Shown: piece by piece, positions 58,301 to 64,000 of the stretch
How positions within the stretch are numbered: the first letter of the stretch is position 1
Layout of the letters: each line of letters starts with the position of its first letter
The notes under the pieces: model-generated
What the model was told of the DNA's origin: nothing
What the model saw: only the letters and a program-made list of their open reading frames with translations
Databases searched by the model: none
Made by a program: the position numbers and the translations under genes
From: Microgenomates group bacterium
GTDB taxonomy: Bacteria; Patescibacteriota; Microgenomatia; Daviesbacterales; UBA10151
Direction of reading: 5' to 3'
Assembly: GCA_041659805.1 (NCBI GenBank)
Contig: JBAZXP010000001.1
Span: 256,589-320,588, forward strand
DNA: 64,000 nt

Positions 58301-59091
58301 TAGCTGCTCAAAGTATCGGAGAACCTGGAACACAGCTTACCATGAGAACATTCCACTCAGGAGGTGTTGCAACAGGTGTTGATATCACCATGGGTCTTCC
58401 TCGTGTGGAAGAACTATTTGAAGCAAGAACACCAAAAAATATTGCCCCACTTTCTGAAATTGCAGGTAAAGTTACTATTACTGAAACAGACATGGGTATT
58501 AAAGTCAGAATCAGAACCAGTGCTAAACCAGTAGAGGAAAGAGAATATTTGATTCCGGCTTCAGCAAACCTGTTGGTAGAAGACGGACAATTAATTTCTG
58601 CAGGAACACAACTTGCTTCAGGTCATTGTGACATTAAAGAAATTGTTAGAGTTAAAGGCTTAAAAGAAGCTCAAAGATATATTGTTGATGCTGTCAGACA
58701 AGTTTATTCTTCACAGGGTGTGCCAATTAATGAAAAGCACTTTGAAGTTATAGTCCGCAAAATGTCAGATAAAGTCAGAGTGGAAAGCCAGGGAGACACA
58801 GCATTACTACCAGGTGAAGTTATTGACAGACTTAAATTTGAAGAGGAAAACCAAAGAGTATTGGCAGAAGGTGGAGATCCATCAACAGCCTCTATCGTTA
58901 TCTTAGGTATTACCAGAGCATCGCTTCTGACAGAAAGCTTCTTATCAGCTGCTTCCTTCCAGGAAACAACTACAGTATTATCTGATGCTGCTGCACAAGG
59001 AAAGAAAGACCGCTTGTTTGGCCTCAAGGAAAACGTTATAATTGGTCGGTTAATTCCAACCAACCCGGAACGGGCCAGAGTGGAGAGATAA
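55393..59091 (+). CDS. rpoC: DNA-directed RNA polymerase beta' subunit.
   Basis: Zinc-binding CxxC motifs and the catalytic NADFDGD. Confidence 0.95.
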   Translation: MNNDLLDFESLKVTIASPEQIKAWSFGEVTKPETINYRTLKPEKDGLFAENIFGPTKDYECYCGKYKRIRYRGVICDKCGVEVTQSKVRRERMGHITLAAAVAHNWFVKGAPSKLSLVLDLSLKSLEAVIYFASYLVTDVDIAAKEKAMEQLEKDLEKKKAEAQDGFDKAVVNLEFELKKQVSELKKGKGEGGELEAEDLGLKTKQEVQKMRDNLAVGFGQLEQIYKAVADLVKSINLMRVMSEDEYLKLDEYGVADFVTVGMGAEGLLEVLKKIDMDKLSADLKEEVRKTTGQRHIKATKRLRVVEGMRAAGVGPEYMVMRILPVIPPDLRPMVQLPGGRFATSDLNDLYRRVINRNNRLKRLIDLGAPEIILRNEKRMLQEAVDALIDSNLKTTRRGAGTGHVLRSLSDMLRGKQGRFRQNLLGKRVDYSGRSVIVVGPHLKLNQVGLPREMALEMFKPFVLREIIGRGLAANIKGAKNILELRTAEVWDILEGVVEGHPVLINRAPTLHRLGIQAFFPLLIDGSAIQLHPCVCAGFNADFDGDQMAIHVPLSKRARDEAENLMLARENILRPASGTPVTAPNREMGLGSYYATTVDDKIEPITDRVFTPTEAILGFQIGKIGLRQKINVRFEDGSQLETSVGRVMFNELLPKAQRFMNSAVGVKDLQDITMKAFSVKETSEEVAVLIDNLKDFGFWGSGLSGLSLGVFDNTIIPEKDKMIADGDKEVSEVEANFKKGLITNEEKRVLTEEIWTRIGDDIAKKTLGSLTSDNPVSIIMKSGGARATPEQIKQLSGMRGFSVDPTGKIVELPTKSNYRQGLAVFEYFTSSRGARKGVADRAIKTADAGYLTRRLVDVAHDVIIRTEDCGDTHGLVLPVPTEGVSVGVSRFLGRHVATKIIDPKTKKVMFEAGDYLDEEKIKQIIEAGVVEINVYSPLSCKAKYGVCGKCYGWDFTTRKPVAIGVPVGVVAAQSIGEPGTQLTMRTFHSGGVATGVDITMGLPRVEELFEARTPKNIAPLSEIAGKVTITETDMGIKVRIRTSAKPVEEREYLIPASANLLVEDGQLISAGTQLASGHCDIKEIVRVKGLKEAQRYIVDAVRQVYSSQGVPINEKHFEVIVRKMSDKVRVESQGDTALLPGEVIDRLKFEEENQRVLAEGGDPSTASIVILGITRASLLTESFLSAASFQETTTVLSDAAAQGKKDRLFGLKENVIIGRLIPTNPERARVER

Positions 59092-59523
59092 ATGCCAACA
59101 ATAAACCAGTTAGTAAGAATGGGTCGAAAGACTTCTTCCAAAAAAATTAAGGCAACTGCGCTAAGACGTAGCTTTAATTCTAATGAAAGAAAATATACAA
59201 CCACATTTAATCCTCAAAAAAGAGGAGTGGTTACAGTTGTTAAAACTATGACTCCTAAAAAACCTAATTCAGCTTTGAGAAAAGTTGCCAGGGTTAGACT
59301 TTCAAATAAAACAGAGGTCACAGCTTATATTCAGGGAGTAGGACATGATTTAGCAGAACATGGTATTGTGTTAGTCCGTGGTGGAAGAGTTAAAGATTTA
59401 CCAGGTGTTAAATATCATATAATTCGTGGAAAACTTGATATGGGTGGAGTACAAAAAAGAATGACCAGTAGATCTAAATATGGAGCAAAAAGACCAGGAG
59501 GAGCTAAAGCAGCAGCTGCTTAA
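59092..59523 (+). CDS. rpsL: 30S ribosomal protein S12.
   Basis: Starts [12 protein letters not shown]...[11 protein letters not shown]. Its start abuts the rpoC stop. Confidence 0.95.
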   Translation: MPTINQLVRMGRKTSSKKIKATALRRSFNSNERKYTTTFNPQKRGVVTVVKTMTPKKPNSALRKVARVRLSNKTEVTAYIQGVGHDLAEHGIVLVRGGRVKDLPGVKYHIIRGKLDMGGVQKRMTSRSKYGAKRPGGAKAAAA

Positions 59524-59531
59524 AAAATTAT

Positions 59532-60008
59532 ATGCCAAGAGCAGGAAAAGTAGAAAGAAGAATAATTGAAGCAGACCCAATTTATAATTCTAAATTGGTT
59601 TCTAGATTTATAAATAGGGTAATGGTTGATGGTAAAAAAACCATTGCTCAAAAATTAGTCTATCAGGCTTTAGAGATAATTGAAAAAGGTGGTAAAAATC
59701 CTTTGACTATCTTTGAAACAGCAATTTCTAACGCAGCTCCAAAAATGGAAGTTAGACCAAGAAGGGTTGGGGGAGCTTCATACCAAATTCCACAGGAAGT
59801 TAGAGGAGATAGAAGAGAAGCTTTGGCTATTAGATGGATTGTGATGGCAGCCAGATCCAGATCAAATAAAGAATATCATTCTTTTGGTGAAAAATTAGCA
59901 GCAGAATTAATTGATGCTGCAGAAGGCAAAGGAATTGCTATTAAGAAAAAAGAAGATATGTTAAAGGTTGCAGAAAGTAATAGGGCATTCGCTCACTTCA
60001 GATTCTAA
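59532..60008 (+). CDS. rpsG: 30S ribosomal protein S7.
   Basis: Starts MPRAGKVERR... Confidence 0.95.
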   Translation: MPRAGKVERRIIEADPIYNSKLVSRFINRVMVDGKKTIAQKLVYQALEIIEKGGKNPLTIFETAISNAAPKMEVRPRRVGGASYQIPQEVRGDRREALAIRWIVMAARSRSNKEYHSFGEKLAAELIDAAEGKGIAIKKKEDMLKVAESNRAFAHFRF

Positions 60009-60054
60009 TTTCCCCTTATTTGTTCTTTAGTTTTTAGGCTGTATACTAATATTA

Positions 60055-60354
60055 ATGTCCAGTTCTCAAAAGGGGTTTGCCCAGATATTTTTTATAATAG
60101 TAGTTTTGTTAGCAGTTGTTGTAATTGGTGGGTGGATTTATTGGACACAAAAAGTAAGTAAAAATCCAACAAAAACAAAGCCTGGACAATATTTACAACA
60201 AATTGCTGATCCAGAAAAATTTGCAGAACAAAATTCAACTGATACTTTAGGAAAAGTTTGTGGTGGTTTTGCAGGGATAACTTGCTCAGTTGGATTAACC
60301 TGTAAGCTTGATGGAGATTATCCTGATGCAACTGGCAAATGTGTAAAAGAGTAG
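60055..60354 (+). CDS. Small anchored secreted protein with a pilin-like N-terminus and a four-Cys C-terminal module.
   Basis: QKGFAQIFFIIVVLLAVVVIGG N-terminus. C-terminus CGGFAGITCSVGLTCKLDGDYPDATGKC. Confidence 0.4.
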   Translation: MSSSQKGFAQIFFIIVVLLAVVVIGGWIYWTQKVSKNPTKTKPGQYLQQIADPEKFAEQNSTDTLGKVCGGFAGITCSVGLTCKLDGDYPDATGKCVKE

Positions 60355-60387
60355 TTACTGATAAAATAAAATGGTAAGATTATATTA

Positions 60388-61049
60388 ATGCCCAATAATC
60401 AAAGAGGTTTTACCCCAATTTATTTATTAGTAGGTTTAGTTGCTTTAATGCTAATGGGTGGAGCATATTATTTTGGTAAAAATTCAAGTTCTATTTCTCC
60501 AAAAAATATTCCAACTGTCCCAACTACAACTCAATCACCAACCCTAACTCCAACCCAGAAATTAACATCCATACCCACCCCAACAGATAAATCTGATGAA
60601 GTATCTACTTGGCAAACATTCAGTTCAATATCCCTCGGTTTTTCTGCTAAATATCCAGGTCAGGTTAAGATTACACCTCAACAGGATGGATCTGTGCATA
60701 TGTCTATTTGGGGACCAACCCAAAAAAACAAACAGAATTTTATGATGGCTTAAGCTTGAGTTTTTCTATTGGTTCTTTAGAAGGAAAAACATTAGATCAG
60801 TATGTAAATAAAAATATTGAAACTTCTCTGGCAAATTATATGACATTAGTAAAATCCCTAACAGATATTACAGTGGGTGATCTTAAAGGTAAAACATATA
60901 GAATTAGCAGTTTGGGCGAGCATACATATCTTTATTTTTCTCCAAAACCTGATAAATTTTTTCTGATTACAAATTCAACCAATGATCCTGCAAACCAAGG
61001 TTATCTTAAAATAGCAGATCAGATTATTTCTTCTGTCAGATTTAATTAA
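60388..61049 (+). pseudogene. Pilin-like anchored secreted protein gene interrupted by a frameshift at an A7 homopolymer around 60722-60728. Track ORFs 60388..60753 and 60708..61049 are the two halves.
   Basis: The two overlapping frames join in a single poly-A run. The joined protein aligns along its length with the downstream paralog 61050..61736. Confidence 0.45.
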
Positions 61050-61736
61050 ATGAATCAAAAAGGTAATATCCTGAGCAAGAATAATAAATATAACGAGTCG
61101 AAGGGTTTTGCTCCAATAATTATAATTTTAGGAATTGTTTTAATGCTTGGTATAGCTGGGGGAGCATATTTTTTAGTTAAAAACTCAAATACTGTACCTA
61201 AAAATAACATAATTGCACCAACGATCTCACCTACTCCAACTGCAACTCTAAAAGTAGATGAAACTGCAAATTGGAATACTTATACCAATACAAAATATAG
61301 TTACTCAATAAAGTATCCTACTGATTATTCTTTGATTGAAGTCACACCAGACTATATTCGTATTTTCCAAGCTCCTACTAAACCAACTTTTCCTAAAACA
61401 GAATCTTATTTATCGGTTCAACTTAATACTATTTCTTTTGAAGACCCAAAACTTATTTATAAGACTACTACTGATGGGAAAACTTTAGTTATTACTCCAG
61501 TAATAATGAGCACTGAAGATAGTGATAAACAAAAGGTTCAATCTATTTTTGATCAAATCACAGCTACTTTTAAATTTTTAGATTCTAATACTGGAACTGC
61601 AAAATATACCTGTCCTGAAAATGGATATCAAAATTGTATGCCTATTTTGGATACAGAAGGGCAAAAACAATGCAGCAGCGAAGCTTTAGATTGGAAAAAA
61701 GCCAATTGTCCAAATTTTTCAGGTGCAGCATATTAG
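61050..61736 (+). CDS. Pilin-like anchored secreted protein (228 aa), paralog of the frameshifted upstream gene.
   Basis: SKGFAPIIIILGIVLMLGIAGGAYFL anchor, a Thr/Pro linker, and a conserved W.T...Y.YS.KYP block. A four-Cys C-terminus. Confidence 0.5.
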   Translation: MNQKGNILSKNNKYNESKGFAPIIIILGIVLMLGIAGGAYFLVKNSNTVPKNNIIAPTISPTPTATLKVDETANWNTYTNTKYSYSIKYPTDYSLIEVTPDYIRIFQAPTKPTFPKTESYLSVQLNTISFEDPKLIYKTTTDGKTLVITPVIMSTEDSDKQKVQSIFDQITATFKFLDSNTGTAKYTCPENGYQNCMPILDTEGQKQCSSEALDWKKANCPNFSGAAY

Positions 61737-61782
61737 TTTTTATCTCTTCTGAGTTGACTTTACGCAGCTTTTGCCTTAATAT

Positions 61783-61804
61783 TAGCAAGTAGGCCTCCTT
61801 CAAG
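61783..61804 (+). terminator. Weak putative terminator after the paralog cluster.
   Basis: Imperfect hairpin GCCTCC-TTCAA-GGGGC followed by TTTTTTAT. Confidence 0.25.
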
Positions 61805-61822
61805 GGGCTTTTTTATATATAT

Positions 61823-62047
61823 ATGGACGCAAAACAAAAAGCAGAAAAATTAGAATTATGGCAAGGTAAGTTAAAAAAACTCCAAGATGAGCTGGAAGCT
61901 ATCATGGTGCGACGCGGAGAAGCTATTGCCATGGGAGATTTATCAGAAAATGCAGCATTTTCTATGGCTGAAGAAGATGCAATTACCTGGAGAGTCAGAA
62001 TTGAAGAAGTAGAAAAAATCATTAAAACAATAGAAAGTACTAAATAA
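61823..62047 (+). CDS. Standalone Gre-factor N-terminal coiled-coil domain protein (74 aa), with no C-terminal FKBP-like domain.
   Basis: RGEAIAMGDLSENAAFSMAEED carries the canonical GreA tip motif GDLSENAEY, including its acidic residues. The gene stops 1 nt before the fusA ATG. Confidence 0.55.
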   Translation: MDAKQKAEKLELWQGKLKKLQDELEAIMVRRGEAIAMGDLSENAAFSMAEEDAITWRVRIEEVEKIIKTIESTK

Positions 62048-64000
62048 ATGGCAGTCACCACAAAAACAAAACGTGATTTTCCTTTAGATCAGATTAGAAA
62101 TATTGGAATTATTGCCCACATTGATGCAGGTAAAACTACCACAACTGAACGTATTCTTTTTTACACTGGTAAAACTTATAAAATCGGAAATATTGATGAA
62201 GGAACCACAGTTACTGACTGGATGGAACAGGAACGTGAAAGGGGAATCACTATTGTTTCCGCTGCCATCACTACTTTTTGGACTCCAAAAACAGGTCCAT
62301 ATGCTGGCCAGGAAACCAGAATTAACATTATTGATACTCCTGGTCACGTTGATTTTACAGCAGAAGTTGAAAGATCTTTGCGGGTTTTAGATGGTGGAGT
62401 AATTGTTTTAGATTCAGGTTCAGGTGTGCAATCCCAAACAGAAACAGTTTGGAGACAGGCTAATAAATATAAAGTTCCTTTAATTGCTTTTGGAAATAAA
62501 ATGGACGTAGTTGGAGCAGACTTTTTAGCCACCATTCAGTCTGCCAGAGATAGACTTGGAGCAAATGCTATTGCTTATAATTTACCAATAGGTTCAGAAA
62601 ATGATTTTAAAGGCGTTATAGATTTATTAACAGAGAAAGCTTTTGTTTGGGAAGGCTCTGATACAGGAGCAAATTTTAATGAAATTGAAATTCCAGCTGA
62701 TATGGCAGATCAGGTAAAAACTCACCGCGAAAAATTAGTGGAAGAAATTTCCGGAACAGATGAAGTACTCATGGAAAAATACCTAAACGGAGAAGATGTT
62801 TCTGTTGAAGAACTCAAAAAGGCCTTAAGAAAAGCTGTAATTAACAATGAAATCGTGCCTGTTTTAGCTGGTTCATCGTTGCGCAACAAAGGTGTCCAGC
62901 AAATGTTAGACGCTGTTATTGAATATTTACCATCACCACAAGACGTTAATGAAATTGTGGGAGAAAATCCTACTACCAAAGAACAGGAAATCAGAACAGC
63001 AGATCCTGCAGCTCCTTTATCAGCATTAGCTTTTAAGGTTCAAGTTGATCCCCATGTTGGAAAATTAACATTTATCAGAATTTATTCAGGAACTTTGAAA
63101 TCCGGTTCTTATCTTTATAATTCCACCAAAGATGTGAAAGAAAGAATTGGAAGACTGATGTTAATGCATTCCAATGATAGGGAAGAGATTGAAGAAGCAT
63201 ATGCAGGAGAAATTGTGGCTGCAGTGGGATTAAAAGATACAGTTACCGGTAACTCAATTTGTGATGAAACAAAACCTATCATTTTGGAATCAATTAATTT
63301 CCCTGAACCTGTTATTTCGCTCGCAATTGAGCCAAAAACCAAATCAGATCAGGAAAAATTAGGCTTAGCTCTTTCAAGGCTTTCAGAAGAAGATCCAACT
63401 TTTAGAGTTAAAACTGATCATGAAACAGGTCAAACTATTATTTCCGGAATGGGTGAGTTACAACTGGAAATTTTGGTTGATAGGATGAAAAGAGAATTTA
63501 AAGTTGAGGCAAATGTCGGTCAACCGCAAGTTGCCTATAAAGAAACTATTCAAAAAACAGCCACAGGCGAAGGAAAATACATCAGACAAACAGGAGGACG
63601 TGGTCAATACGGACATTGTTGGCTTAGAATTGAGCCATTGCCACGCGGATCAGGACGTGAATTTGCTTCAGAAATCGTCGGAGGAGCTATTCCAAGAGAA
63701 TTTATTAGTCCTATTGAAAAAGGTGTTATTGAAAAAGAAGATACCGGTATTTTGGCAGGTTATCCGGTGACAGATATTAGGGTAGTTGTTTATGACGGAT
63801 CTTTCCATGACGTTGACTCATCTGAAGTGTCCTTTAAAATTGCCGGTTCTTTGGCTTTATCTGAAGCATCTCACCAGGCAGATATGATTTTGCTTGAACC
63901 TATCATGAAGGTGGAAGTAACCACACCTGAGGAATTTTTAGGAGATATGATTGCAGATTTATCTTCAAAAAGAGCACAAATTTCATCAACAGAAATCAGA
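62048..64000 (+). CDS. fusA: Elongation factor G, 3' end beyond the window.
   Basis: Starts [37 protein letters not shown], with DTPGHVDF and NKMD motifs. The reading frame is open to the window end. Confidence 0.9.
   Translation, partial: MAVTTKTKRDFPLDQIRNIGIIAHIDAGKTTTTERILFYTGKTYKIGNIDEGTTVTDWMEQERERGITIVSAAITTFWTPKTGPYAGQETRINIIDTPGHVDFTAEVERSLRVLDGGVIVLDSGSGVQSQTETVWRQANKYKVPLIAFGNKMDVVGADFLATIQSARDRLGANAIAYNLPIGSENDFKGVIDLLTEKAFVWEGSDTGANFNEIEIPADMADQVKTHREKLVEEISGTDEVLMEKYLNGEDVSVEELKKALRKAVINNEIVPVLAGSSLRNKGVQQMLDAVIEYLPSPQDVNEIVGENPTTKEQEIRTADPAAPLSALAFKVQVDPHVGKLTFIRIYSGTLKSGSYLYNSTKDVKERIGRLMLMHSNDREEIEEAYAGEIVAAVGLKDTVTGNSICDETKPIILESINFPEPVISLAIEPKTKSDQEKLGLALSRLSEEDPTFRVKTDHETGQTIISGMGELQLEILVDRMKREFKVEANVGQPQVAYKETIQKTATGEGKYIRQTGGRGQYGHCWLRIEPLPRGSGREFASEIVGGAIPREFISPIEKGVIEKEDTGILAGYPVTDIRVVVYDGSFHDVDSSEVSFKIAGSLALSEASHQADMILLEPIMKVEVTTPEEFLGDMIADLSSKRAQISSTEIR

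Noticed and set aside
59500-62050. The rpsG-fusA insertion as a prophage or mobile element.
   Set aside because: There is no integrase, transposase, terminal repeats or tRNA target, and the inserted genes share the host's exported-protein anchor motif. A lineage-specific cassette is more plausible than recent mobile DNA.
1-64000. Looked for CRISPR arrays, tRNA or rRNA genes, integrases and transposases.
   Set aside because: No regularly spaced direct repeats were found. Intergenic regions of 100 nt or more (368-525, 13335-13475, 19300-19433, 28091-28320, 29102-29214, 51709-51920, 61737-61822) showed no tRNA-like T-arm or anticodon-stem signatures. No recombinase-like ORFs were found.

Overview
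This 64 kb window looks like a streamlined, AT-rich bacterial chromosome segment. It uses the standard genetic code (TGA and TAA both act as stops). Genes are tightly packed, often with overlapping stop/start codons, and many conserved proteins are compact versions of their usual length. That pattern suggests a reduced-genome bacterium, perhaps of the CPR/Patescibacteria type, though this is inference.

Most of the window is housekeeping. Recognisable genes include:
- DNA repair and replication: sbcDC, a UvrD/PcrA helicase, a HolA-like subunit and FtsK/SpoIIIE.
- Chaperones: the hrcA-grpE-dnaK-dnaJ operon, with a CIRCE operator overlapping the hrcA promoter.
- Translation: lepA, infB, rpsT, rpsO, rpsL, rpsG, the start of fusA, and a compact alaS.
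- Transcription and RNA turnover: greA, nusA, rpoB, rpoC, pnp and RNase J.
- Cell envelope: murJ, an LCP protein, a FemAB-family protein, mltG, a G5/3D-domain protein and a RodZ-like protein.
- Small metabolic and other genes: trxA, tpiA, ruvX and two NUDIX hydrolases.

No rRNA, tRNA, CRISPR array, transposase or integrase was found.

The points most worth a second look are:
1. A roughly 2 kb block of paralogous pilin-like small secreted-protein genes inserted between rpsG and fusA. One copy is broken by a frameshift in an A7 run. The block ends with a standalone Gre-factor N-terminal-domain gene.
2. A Lon-family AAA+ ATPase that lacks the protease domain and is translationally coupled to RNase J.
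3. A PilN/PilO-like operon that also carries a dockerin/Fn3 secreted protein, with no adjacent PilM.
4. An alkyltransferase-like protein in which the active-site Cys is replaced by Trp (PWHRV).
5. A 17-codon upstream ORF that repeats the TpiA N-terminus with synonymous codon changes.
6. A 769-aa protein with a degenerate actin-like N-terminal domain, a membrane helix and a long extracytoplasmic tail.
7. Several candidate leader or attenuator structures (rpsO, rpoB, nusA).
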